62,070 bases of DNA from a virus (taxonomy: Duplodnaviria > Caudoviricetes), in IMG/VR virus record IMGVR_UViG_3300017742_000005, positions 1-62,070 of that record. One strand, given 5' to 3'. A program made the translations under genes and the position numbers. Below the pieces are notes generated by a model, which saw only the letters and a program-made list of their open reading frames with translations, did not search any database and had not been told where the DNA came from. Position 1 is the first letter of the stretch. The number at the start of each line of letters is the position of its first letter. Positions 1 through 8,582 of the stretch are shown in pieces.

Positions 1-2
1 CC

Positions 3-1019
3 AAAGGTGAAAAAGGAACTCAAGGTACTTTAGGTACGCAAGGTATTAGAGGTATACAAGGTATTAGAGGTACGCAAGGTATTAAAGGTACACAAGGAAC
101 TAAAGGTGAAAAAGGAACTCAAGGAACTAACGGAACACAAGGTATTTTAGGTACTCAAGGAATTAGAGGAACTCAGGGAACCAAAGGTGAAACTGGTACA
201 CAAGGAACTAAAGGTACACAAGGAACTAAAGGTGAAAAAGGAACACAAGGTTCTAAAGGTACTCAAGGTACTAAAGGAGCTCAAGGAACCAAAGGTCAAA
301 CTGGAGCTCAGGGTGCTAAAGGTACTAAAGGTGATAAAGGTTTACAAGGAAGTAAAGGTACTAGTGGAGATAAAGGATCTCAAGGAACTAAAGGTATATT
401 AGGTACACAAGGTACTGGTGGGGCTAATGCTGTACAAGGTACACAAGGACTTTCTGGTGGAGGAGGATCCGGTCCATTTCAGACTGGTGTAATGGCCCAT
501 ATGTTTGGAATTGAGAATCCCTCGCCTGGCGAATATTATTGGGGTGGATCTGATGCTAGATCAGGTGGTGTCCCTTATGGCTGGTCCTCAAATATGTGGG
601 TTCCAGGTAATGTTGCTGTTGGAAGTACTTTACAAACAAACCAAAAAGCTAGGCTCGGTATAAAAATACCAGGTGATATAAATTGGACTGGGAATGGTGA
701 TAGAGTAGCGATATGTTGGTCAGCTGGTTTTAATCCAGGAAAAGGTTCTGTTGTAGATGGTACAATGTGGCTGTCAGGTTATTTATGTGATAATAAAGCC
801 AATGGACCGATATGGAATGCAAAGGAAAATTTTACAATCGATGCCACCACGACATTATACTGTGGTAGGTTTGAATCGGACAACAACCTTTACGATTGGG
901 GAGCCTGTGATTATGTTATGGTTACTTTACAAACACATGAACAAGTAAACCACTCAGGATATATGCATGTGAGTTTCAATTTATCAACATGGCGACAAAG
1001 TTTAAGTGGGCCTTTATAA
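3..1019 (+). CDS. Collagen-like (Gly-X-Y) fibre protein, 5'-truncated, with C-terminal globular domain
   Basis: Frame 3 is open from the window edge (KGEKGTQGTLGTQGIRG...) and continues without a stop into the 492..1019 ORF. Confidence 0.85.
   Translation, partial: KGEKGTQGTLGTQGIRGIQGIRGTQGIKGTQGTKGEKGTQGTNGTQGILGTQGIRGTQGTKGETGTQGTKGTQGTKGEKGTQGSKGTQGTKGAQGTKGQTGAQGAKGTKGDKGLQGSKGTSGDKGSQGTKGILGTQGTGGANAVQGTQGLSGGGGSGPFQTGVMAHMFGIENPSPGEYYWGGSDARSGGVPYGWSSNMWVPGNVAVGSTLQTNQKARLGIKIPGDINWTGNGDRVAICWSAGFNPGKGSVVDGTMWLSGYLCDNKANGPIWNAKENFTIDATTTLYCGRFESDNNLYDWGACDYVMVTLQTHEQVNHSGYMHVSFNLSTWRQSLSGPL
6..455 (+). repeat. 9-nt period Gly-X-Y coding repeat (about 45 triplets, rich in GTQ/GTK/GEK)
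   Basis: Recurrent caaggt/aaaggt/caagga every 9 nt. Confidence 0.9.
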
Positions 1020-1027
1020 AATAAACA

Positions 1028-1231
1028 ATGATGAGATTATTAAGATTTTTAAAAGCTTTAATAAAGTATATTTTTATTGGTAATCAGGTAAACCAAAGAG
1101 AGTATGATATGAGATTAGAAATATGTTCTGCATGTAATGATAAATGTGGTAAGAAATGTTGTCTATGTGGTTGTTATCTAAATAAAAAGGCACAATGGTC
1201 AACTGAAAGTTGCCCTAAAAATAAATGGTAA
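1028..1231 (+). CDS. Small Cys-rich protein (DUF6171-like)
   Basis: RLEICxxC...CCLCGCYL..K...CPxxKW pattern. Confidence 0.6.
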   Translation: MMRLLRFLKALIKYIFIGNQVNQREYDMRLEICSACNDKCGKKCCLCGCYLNKKAQWSTESCPKNKW

Positions 1232-1233
1232 AT

Positions 1234-1368
1234 ATGGGATGCGGATGTAATAAAAAGGTTAAAAAACAAAAACCTATAACTAAAACTAAAGAGGTCTTGC
1301 GAAAAATGTGGCAAAAAAGCCAAACAGAAACTAAACCAGTTAGTGTTAAGGGAATAAATAAACCATAA
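1234..1368 (+). CDS. 44-aa basic protein MGCGCNKKVKK... (not in ORF track)
   Basis: ATG 1234 to TAA 1368 fills the gap exactly and overlaps the next start as TAATG. Confidence 0.6.
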   Translation: MGCGCNKKVKKQKPITKTKEVLRKMWQKSQTETKPVSVKGINKP

Positions 1369-1586
1369 TGAAACTAAAAATGTTGTTAAGCGATAAAAAT
1401 TCATGTATATTTAGTGAAAAGCCATCATGTATAGAAGAGCTAAAAGAATTAGCAGCTTCTCTATCTGATCGTGATACTCTCATGAAAAAAGATTATAAAA
1501 TAGTTAAGGGAATTATACATGACTCTGGTTTAACAAATGCACAAAAGATAAAGAAAATTAAAACTATTATAGATGGCGGCAAATAA
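1368..1586 (+). CDS. Hypothetical protein
   Basis: ORF overlaps both neighbours. Confidence 0.55.
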   Translation: MKLKMLLSDKNSCIFSEKPSCIEELKELAASLSDRDTLMKKDYKIVKGIIHDSGLTNAQKIKKIKTIIDGGK

Positions 1587-1905
1587 TTCCCAAAATGGCT
1601 GGAACGAATATTCTAAACTTGTCATTGCAGAATTGGAAAGATTGAATGATGGAATCACGAATCTTAATGTAGAAATACAGGATCTTAAAAGAGAGATTGC
1701 TGAAATGAAAGTCAAAGAGGATTTTGCAAAAGAACTCTGGAGATGGAAAAAAGAGGTAGACGAAGTTGCATCCCCGTCACAATTAGACCAGGCAGTTAAA
1801 GATGTTGCTGATTTGAAAACATTTAAGACCCAAGCAATTACTGTATGGATAGTAGTTCAAACTTTGTTTGGTATGGCTTTAGCATTACTTAAATTCTGGA
1901 AATAA
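1573..1905 (+). CDS. Coiled-coil protein with C-terminal transmembrane helix
   Basis: Heptad-like N-terminus; AITVWIVVQTLFGMALALL hydrophobic tail. Confidence 0.6.
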   Translation: MAANNSQNGWNEYSKLVIAELERLNDGITNLNVEIQDLKREIAEMKVKEDFAKELWRWKKEVDEVASPSQLDQAVKDVADLKTFKTQAITVWIVVQTLFGMALALLKFWK

Positions 1906-1925
1906 TACAATTTAGAAAATAATTA

Positions 1926-1960
1926 AAAAAAAGATTTGAATTAGCTTTCAGATCTTTTTT
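1926..1960 (+). terminator. Putative intrinsic terminator
   Basis: aaaagatttgaa-ttagct-ttcagatctttt hairpin flanked by A and T tracts. Confidence 0.55.
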
Positions 1961-1998
1961 AGTTTTGTTATATTTAAATAAATAATAAAATAACAAAT

Positions 1999-2343
1999 AT
2001 GGAAAACGATTGGTACAATTCAGATCCTGAAGATGGATTTAATCCTCAAGATCACAACATTGAAATGGATGAGATCGCCAAAATGTATGCAATGGCAGAT
2101 ATGGAAGAAGAACAAAAAACATGGGCAAAACAACAGGCTGAAAAATTTTATGCTGATTTTGAAAATCTAAGTATCGAGGAATCTGTGTTAGCAGTAAAAT
2201 CATTAGTGAAAACTAAAAGTGTTACTTTGGCTGAAGCAAATACATTATTGGATAATATGATTCAAGTTTTTCAAGATGATGAAGAATATGAAAGATGTCA
2301 TATATGTCTGCAAATTAAAAAAGGTATCAATGATAGAGTTTAA
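1999..2343 (+). CDS. Acidic hypothetical protein with C-terminal UVR-like motif
   Basis: DEEYERCHICLQIK resembles the UvrB/C (E-x-Y/F-E-x-A) motif. Confidence 0.55.
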   Translation: MENDWYNSDPEDGFNPQDHNIEMDEIAKMYAMADMEEEQKTWAKQQAEKFYADFENLSIEESVLAVKSLVKTKSVTLAEANTLLDNMIQVFQDDEEYERCHICLQIKKGINDRV

Positions 2344-2620
2344 TTCCGATAATTTAGAAGACCTCGAGGAAGAGGCAAGAAATAGAGCGGTTGAAGTTTC
2401 TGTTTCAATTGTACAAGGTGTATGCGATGGTTTAGATAAAGGTGCTGATGTTATAGCATTAGGATTTATGAAAGCTCAAAACTTAGACATTAATGTAGAC
2501 AAGGATAATTACTTAGACGCATTATTACTTAACCTACCTAGAGTAGAACAGGCTGAGGAATTTGAATTATGCCAAAGAGCAGTTAAGTGGATAGATAAAC
2601 TTAAATCAGAATCAGAATAA
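2330..2620 (+). CDS. Hypothetical protein with C-terminal UVR-like motif
   Basis: Likely start ATG 2330 (MIEFNSD); AEEFELCQRAVKW. Confidence 0.55.
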   Translation: MIEFNSDNLEDLEEEARNRAVEVSVSIVQGVCDGLDKGADVIALGFMKAQNLDINVDKDNYLDALLLNLPRVEQAEEFELCQRAVKWIDKLKSESE

Positions 2621-2670
2621 GGGAGATAGAAGCACTTTATAGTTATCACCTATTATTTTATAATTACATT

Positions 2671-2697
2671 AAACAATTCCTTTAATAATCAATATAA
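2671..2697 (+). promoter_or_regulatory. Bipartite promoter AAAC-N17-ATATAA
   Basis: One of 11 intergenic copies with a 16-17 nt spacer. Confidence 0.6.
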
Positions 2698-2710
2698 TAA
2701 TAAATAAGTT

Positions 2711-2923
2711 ATGAGTTTAAGAGATGATATGAAATTGCGTTGGAGATATAATGATACAGAATTCACACCTCCTAATAATCCTCTTTTAAGTAAAAGATTA
2801 GTTTTAGAGAATCTTAATCAAATTTTAAGTCTTCTAAAAGAAGATCCTCCAGGAGTAAAAAAAAGAATTGAGTTTCTAATATCTGATATCAAAAATGATA
2901 AACTAAAGCCAGGTAATCTTTAG
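2711..2923 (+). CDS. Hypothetical protein
   Basis: ORF directly downstream of the conserved promoter motif. Confidence 0.6.
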   Translation: MSLRDDMKLRWRYNDTEFTPPNNPLLSKRLVLENLNQILSLLKEDPPGVKKRIEFLISDIKNDKLKPGNL

Positions 2924-3032
2924 CAAATTGTTAATAACTTTTTTCATTTTTAGAGAAAAAAGTCTCCCAAAAATTTTTATTTCCCAATTATTTTTATTAT
3001 ATTTATAATATAATTATAAAACGGAAAACAAT

Positions 3033-3605
3033 ATGGATAACACATTCTACAAACAAATCGGAGAGTACAAAACATCAAAAGACCCAGTATTAGGTAACCT
3101 AAGATTGGTCGTTCACCTTGCTAAAAAATATCAAGGTATGGGATTATCATTAGAGGATCTAATCCATGAAGGTACAATCGGATTATGCCAAGCAAGGGAT
3201 AAATGGAACCCTGCAAAATCAAACGGTGCAAAATTCTCCACTCACGCTTCATGGTGGATCAAGGCAACAATTCGCCAGGCACTAAACAACAAAAGCCGTA
3301 CCATCAGAGTACCGGCTCATAAGACTCATCTTACCGAAGAAGCACCTAAGGTATCTGTATTAGATGCTACTTACCAAGGTTCTTATCAACCACATATTGA
3401 AGCCTCTCATAATGAATCACATCTGAATCATACTATTGCCGGTTTACTTACCAAACTAAAACCTAAGCAACAAGAAATTATCAAAATGAAATTCGGTATC
3501 GGTTGCCATGAAATGAAAACTTCTGAAATTGCCAAAGAACTTAATCTAACTGTCCAGGCAGTAAACGGAAATATTCGTAACGCTCTAAAACTGATGAAAG
3601 GATGA
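3033..3605 (+). CDS. Phage-encoded sigma-70 family RNA polymerase sigma factor
   Basis: Region 2 NLRLVVHLAKKY..GLSLEDLIHEGTIGL...KFSTHASWWIK..IRQAL; region 4 HTH TSEIAKELNLTVQAV. Confidence 0.9.
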   Translation: MDNTFYKQIGEYKTSKDPVLGNLRLVVHLAKKYQGMGLSLEDLIHEGTIGLCQARDKWNPAKSNGAKFSTHASWWIKATIRQALNNKSRTIRVPAHKTHLTEEAPKVSVLDATYQGSYQPHIEASHNESHLNHTIAGLLTKLKPKQQEIIKMKFGIGCHEMKTSEIAKELNLTVQAVNGNIRNALKLMKG

Positions 3606-4111
3606 TACCAAGAATAAAACTATACGCCGAAACATTATATCCTTTACTTAAATGGTATGATGAAAATCCTGACGATAAAGATACTAAATATGCTATATCT
3701 AGAATAATTAGATTTTCATCTGATAATCCTAGACAGCATGGAATACCTTATATGTATTCTTTAGGTGCTTTAAATGAAGCAAAGAAAATGGAAATACCTG
3801 ATGCTGAAGAAAGATTGCAATGGGTAAGGTGGAAAGAACAAAATCATAAAAGTGGATTAAGAGATATAGGTAGACAAAATGGTATCTTTCACCAAGAACA
3901 TATTGTACCAGTATCTCAAATAGCAAAAAAGCTATATGACTTAGAAAAAATTACAGTTAAGAATATTCATGACATCTTAGTTGATAATCTTAAGATTGCT
4001 TGGATACTTAAAACTGAACAGAAAACATTAGATGCCGTATGTAGAAGCGGTGTAAGAACTCCAGAATTACTAACCTCCTTAGATATTCATATTAAAGGAT
4101 TTAACTGTTAA
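3602..4111 (+). CDS. Hypothetical protein, possible HNH-like fold
   Basis: HQEHIVP motif; ATGA overlap with the sigma gene. Confidence 0.5.
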   Translation: MIPRIKLYAETLYPLLKWYDENPDDKDTKYAISRIIRFSSDNPRQHGIPYMYSLGALNEAKKMEIPDAEERLQWVRWKEQNHKSGLRDIGRQNGIFHQEHIVPVSQIAKKLYDLEKITVKNIHDILVDNLKIAWILKTEQKTLDAVCRSGVRTPELLTSLDIHIKGFNC

Positions 4112-4114
4112 CAT

Positions 4115-4951
4115 ATGCCAGAATTAGCTGAACTTAGATTAACTGCCGACTATGTCAATAAAGCGGCAACAGGATTAAAATTTGTAAATATTAAAAAGAA
4201 CCCAGTTCATAAAGGTAAAGATGTTGAAGTACCTTTTAAATTCTTTAGAATATCGGCAGAGAGTAGAGGTAAGGAACTTATGCTTACTTTCTCAGATAAT
4301 AACTCTGCTGAAAAAATGTACCTTCTAATGACAATGGGAATGAGCGGTCATTTTGCCCATACAAATACTGGTCAAGAAAAGAAACATTCACATCTTATGT
4401 TTACTGAAAAGGATGGAACTACATTATCATTTGTAGATGTACGAAGGTTTGGTAAATGGAAATGGGTAGATGATTGGTCGCCTAATAGAGGACCAGATCC
4501 TACAACTGAATATGATGCCTTTACTGATAATATTATTCATAACTTAGATAAAGCTGCATTCAATCACCCTATACACACAGTACTGATGAACCAGTCTTAC
4601 TTTAATGGTATAGGAAATTATTTAAGGGCAGAAATACTTTACCGATTACCTTGGATTAATCCTTTTGAGTCGGCAAGAGAAGTATTAAAAAGAGAGCCTG
4701 ATCTTTTTGTATTATGTAGAGACATTCCTCTCCAAGCATATAAGCTAGGCGGCGGCCAACTTAAGGATTGGGAAAATCCATTTAGCACAGACCCTGAACC
4801 ACTCAGACAGTTTATGAGATGCTATGGTAACCCACAAATGTCAAAAAGAAAGGATAAAAATGGTAGAATGTTTTGGTATGATTCAAAGTGGAATGAAGAT
4901 GCTCTATGGGATCATTATAGTGGACTCCCAAATCCTTCTGCTTACTTGTAA
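4115..4951 (+). CDS. Fpg/Nei DNA glycosylase, NEIL1-like
   Basis: N-terminal MPE, RGKEL, GMSG, FVDVRRFG, H2TH FNGIGNYLRAEILY, zincless finger GRMFWY. Confidence 0.92.
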   Translation: MPELAELRLTADYVNKAATGLKFVNIKKNPVHKGKDVEVPFKFFRISAESRGKELMLTFSDNNSAEKMYLLMTMGMSGHFAHTNTGQEKKHSHLMFTEKDGTTLSFVDVRRFGKWKWVDDWSPNRGPDPTTEYDAFTDNIIHNLDKAAFNHPIHTVLMNQSYFNGIGNYLRAEILYRLPWINPFESAREVLKREPDLFVLCRDIPLQAYKLGGGQLKDWENPFSTDPEPLRQFMRCYGNPQMSKRKDKNGRMFWYDSKWNEDALWDHYSGLPNPSAYL

Positions 4952-4976
4952 ACAAATTTACATTTTAGCTATATAA
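4950..4976 (+). promoter_or_regulatory. Bipartite promoter AAAC-N17-ATATAA
   Basis: Upstream of dUTPase, methyltransferase and polymerase N-half. Confidence 0.65.
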
Positions 4977-4994
4977 AAATAAATCAAAATTTAT

Positions 4995-5489
4995 ATGGCA
5001 AACATTGATAACAAATGTAAAGATTTGGATGTAAGAGACTACTTTACAGAAAACGGCTATGATCATTCTAAGAATTCTTTAGAAGATCTTTATTCATTAC
5101 AAAACGAAACACAATCTATGTATTTTGAAAAACAAGGAAAGAAACCTTTTTCAGAATATAACATAGGTGATGTAGTAGATTTTCTAATGGTTACTAATCA
5201 TGCAATCATTGATGAATTACATGAGATGATGGATGCAGTCGGTGGAATCGAAGACGGCGAAGGTAATGCTGCATGGAAACCTTGGAAGTCTACAAACCCT
5301 GAAGTTAGAAATAAAAAATTATCTGATTTAACCCCAGGTGATTTAAAAGAACTTAAAATGGAATGGATAGATGTAATGCATTTCGTATTTAATGCTGGGT
5401 TAGCAATAGGTGTTACCCCTAAGGAGTTTTATAATTTTTACTTAAGTAAGAATGAAGAAAACTGGAATAGACAAAAAAATAATTATTAA
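4995..5489 (+). CDS. Dimeric all-alpha dUTPase / T4 gp56-like dCTPase-dUTPase
   Basis: DELHE...WKPWK...EWIDVMHF...KNEENWNRQ motifs. Confidence 0.85.
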   Translation: MANIDNKCKDLDVRDYFTENGYDHSKNSLEDLYSLQNETQSMYFEKQGKKPFSEYNIGDVVDFLMVTNHAIIDELHEMMDAVGGIEDGEGNAAWKPWKSTNPEVRNKKLSDLTPGDLKELKMEWIDVMHFVFNAGLAIGVTPKEFYNFYLSKNEENWNRQKNNY

Positions 5490-5492
5490 CAT

Positions 5493-6095
5493 ATGTTTTT
5501 AAAAAATACTCATTATCATCAAATTGCAAAAATTTATGGGCGAGAATGTATTCACCCATCATATTTAAACTTAGATAAATTTTTGTGGGGAGACACAGGA
5601 AACGTTTGGCAATTATCATTACTTGTAACTTTAGCAAAAGATAACGATGTATTTGAAATCGGCACTTATCGTGGAAGAACAACAGATCAATTAGCAAAAG
5701 TAGCAAAAAGAGTAGTTACTTTAGATTGGGATAGTACACCAACTGAAGATGTACCAGATAATGGGTATTCAAATTATACTGTAGGTGAAATTTATAAAAA
5801 GAATAATAGAACTAATGTAACCCAATTAATTGGAGATAGCAGAACTATAAACTTAAGTAAATATTATAACCAATTTAATGTTGTATACTTAGACGGTGGT
5901 CATACAAAAGAAATGGCATACAATGATTTCTATTTAGCATTAAACCTTTTAAAAGATGGCGGTATAATTATTATAGATGATTCACAATGGGAAGGTGTTT
6001 ATCAGGCTATTCATAAATTACGAGATGAAGGATTTGAAATTCCTACAGTACATTATATTAACTATTACATTAAACGAAATAAACCATGCTTTTAG
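5493..6095 (+). CDS. Class I SAM-dependent methyltransferase (Methyltransf_24-like)
   Basis: FEIGTYRGRT, GDS, YLDGGH, GGIIIIDD. Confidence 0.85.
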   Translation: MFLKNTHYHQIAKIYGRECIHPSYLNLDKFLWGDTGNVWQLSLLVTLAKDNDVFEIGTYRGRTTDQLAKVAKRVVTLDWDSTPTEDVPDNGYSNYTVGEIYKKNNRTNVTQLIGDSRTINLSKYYNQFNVVYLDGGHTKEMAYNDFYLALNLLKDGGIIIIDDSQWEGVYQAIHKLRDEGFEIPTVHYINYYIKRNKPCF

Positions 6096-7501
6096 ACATT
6101 ACACAAGAAGACCGCCAATTATGGGTATCATACTTTAACCTTGATGGTAAAACTAGATTTAAAACTTATGATCTTAAACCAGAAGATATGTTTAACTGGG
6201 AGGTTTGCGATGAAGGTGATACTAAAGCAGATTCTAAAATGAAAAACTGGGATGGTCGTCCTGTTAAAAAAGTAAAATCTAGATGGCTTAACAAATATAG
6301 AATAATTGAATATATGGATCAATTATCTTTTTCTGATAGGGAATTAATTTTTGGTTATCACTTTCCAAGAACTTATTTTGTAGATATTGAGGTTGAGGTA
6401 ACCGATTCATTCCCTGAGCCAAGTAAAGCAGCAAACCCAGTTACTACAATTTGTATTGTTACTCCAGAGAAACAATGTATTGTTTTAGCAACTAAAGATT
6501 TAGACAATCAAACTCAAACCAAAATACAAAAACAAATTGATGAACATTTTAAAGATATAGATGATGATTTTTCTTTTACCTTTAAATGTTTTAAATCTGA
6601 GTATGATATGATGTCAACCTTTATGATGTCATTTGTTCAGAAATTCCCAATGATGACAGGGTGGAATTATATTAAATTTGATTGGCAGTACATTATAAAC
6701 CGTTGCAAAAAATTAGGTATTGATATTGGCTCTGCTTCGCCAATAGGTAGGAACTTTGGTAGAGATGAATTTCCATGCCATGTAGGTGTAATGGATTATT
6801 TAGATATTTATGCCAAGTGGGATAGAACTGTTGATATTAAGGAAGACTTTAAATTAGATACTGTAGGTGAAGCTGTCGTAGGAATTAAGAAAGTTAAATA
6901 TGAAGGCACTATTCAAGATATGTACGAAAAGGATTATCCAAAATATGTTTTCTATAACGTAATTGATACTGCATTAGTTTATCTTATTCATCAAAAGATT
7001 AAGACAATGGACATTGCATTAACAATTGCTCATATGACTCAGATTAGTATTTTTAAAGCTGCATCGCCAGTAGCAATTACCGAAGCCCTGTTGGCAAGAG
7101 AATTTTTAACAAGGAATCTTGTAATGGCAAAAGATCCGAAAGCCCCTCCATCTAAACGAGAACAATTTGAAGGTGCCTTTGTAAAAGAACCTATAACAGG
7201 TATGCATAATGCTGTTGCTGCATTTGACTTTGCTTCTCTATATCCTTCTATAATGAGACAGATGAATGTTTCCCCAGAAAGCTTTAAGAAGAAGGTTGCT
7301 CCAGAAAAAAGAAAAGAAGAGGAAGGTGATAACAACATAGTATCAGTTACAGGTGCAGTGTATGATACTGAAAGATCAATATTAAAAGATGTATTAACTA
7401 GGTTATATTCACAAAGAAAAGAATATAAAACAGAATCTTTTAGATTGCAGCAAAAAGCATATGATTTAGAACAAGAATTAAAAAAGGACTTAAATAAATA
7501 A
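6086..7501 (+). CDS. gp43A: Family B DNA polymerase, N-terminal half (exonuclease and palm motif A)
   Basis: ExoI VDIEV, ExoII GWNYIKFD, ExoIII YNVID, motif A FDFASLYPSI; ends in the fingers helix and lacks KxxxNSxYG and DTDS. Confidence 0.92.
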   Translation: MLLDITQEDRQLWVSYFNLDGKTRFKTYDLKPEDMFNWEVCDEGDTKADSKMKNWDGRPVKKVKSRWLNKYRIIEYMDQLSFSDRELIFGYHFPRTYFVDIEVEVTDSFPEPSKAANPVTTICIVTPEKQCIVLATKDLDNQTQTKIQKQIDEHFKDIDDDFSFTFKCFKSEYDMMSTFMMSFVQKFPMMTGWNYIKFDWQYIINRCKKLGIDIGSASPIGRNFGRDEFPCHVGVMDYLDIYAKWDRTVDIKEDFKLDTVGEAVVGIKKVKYEGTIQDMYEKDYPKYVFYNVIDTALVYLIHQKIKTMDIALTIAHMTQISIFKAASPVAITEALLAREFLTRNLVMAKDPKAPPSKREQFEGAFVKEPITGMHNAVAAFDFASLYPSIMRQMNVSPESFKKKVAPEKRKEEEGDNNIVSVTGAVYDTERSILKDVLTRLYSQRKEYKTESFRLQQKAYDLEQELKKDLNK

Positions 7502-7566
7502 ACAACACTAAACCAAACTACTTATGCAACTTCTGTTGCATATTTAGTCAAAAAGAAAAATTAACA

Positions 7567-8562
7567 ATGAGCAAACTTTTTACTGAACGCGTCGAATATA
7601 AACCCTTTGAATTTCCTGAATATTATTTGGACGGTTGGTTACCACAAGCACAAGCCTTTTGGCTTCATACAGAAATCTCGATGCAAGGTGATTTAAAAGA
7701 TTGGAATGAAAACATTAAACCTCATGAAAAAAACCTAGTTGGAAATATTCTTTTAGGCTTTGCTCAAACTGAATGTGCAGTATCTGATTATTGGACAGGA
7801 ATGGTTACTAAATGGTTTCCTAAGCATGAAATAAGACAAATGGCAATGATGTTCGGTTCACAAGAAACTATTCATGCCGTTGCATACTCTTATTTAAATG
7901 AAACTTTAGGACTTGAGGATTATACTGCATTTTTACATGAACCTTCAATGGCTAATAAATTTGAATTCTTAATGTCAACTAAAGCCGAATACACAGATAA
8001 AGATTTATTAGAAAGCAAAGATGCCAGAAAAGAAGTTGCTAGGAGTCTTGCAATATTTTCTGCGTTTGCTGAAGGAGTAAGTTTATATAGCTCCTTTGCT
8101 GTTCTTTATTCTTTTCAAATGAGAAACCTTTTAAAAGGAATAGGTCAACAAATGAAATGGTCTGTAAGAGATGAATCATTGCATTCTAAAATGGGATGCA
8201 GATTATTTAATCATATGTGTTCTGAGGATGAAACTCTAAGAGGAGAAGTTGAAGAATCTGTTTATGAAGCTGCAAAATTAATTGTAGGTATGGAGCATGA
8301 TTATATTGATAAGATATTTGAACAAGGAGATATTGAAAATCTTAAAGCATATGATTTAAAGAATTTTATTTACAGGAGAACAAACGAAAAATTACAAGAA
8401 CTAGGATTAGATCCGATATTTGAATATGATGAAAAATCTGCTGATGCGTTAGATTGGTTTTATCATTTAACTGGTGGCCATACTCATACTGACTTTTTTG
8501 CAATCAGACCAACTGATTATGCTAAAGCAGGTGAAGGTGATGATTGGGATGATATTTGGTAA
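7567..8562 (+). CDS. nrdB: Ribonucleotide reductase class I beta subunit
   Basis: QETIHAVAYS, AEGVSLYSSF, RDESLH di-metal motifs. Confidence 0.95.
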   Translation: MSKLFTERVEYKPFEFPEYYLDGWLPQAQAFWLHTEISMQGDLKDWNENIKPHEKNLVGNILLGFAQTECAVSDYWTGMVTKWFPKHEIRQMAMMFGSQETIHAVAYSYLNETLGLEDYTAFLHEPSMANKFEFLMSTKAEYTDKDLLESKDARKEVARSLAIFSAFAEGVSLYSSFAVLYSFQMRNLLKGIGQQMKWSVRDESLHSKMGCRLFNHMCSEDETLRGEVEESVYEAAKLIVGMEHDYIDKIFEQGDIENLKAYDLKNFIYRRTNEKLQELGLDPIFEYDEKSADALDWFYHLTGGHTHTDFFAIRPTDYAKAGEGDDWDDIW

Positions 8563-8582
8563 TAATTAAAAAACAAAAAGAA

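Noticed and set aside
187-402. 71-aa VLKVLKE ORF
   Set aside because: Off-frame shadow of the collagen repeat.
1-455. Possible CRISPR-like or non-coding tandem repeat
   Set aside because: 9-nt periodicity with third-position variation encoding Gly-X-Y; no spacers.
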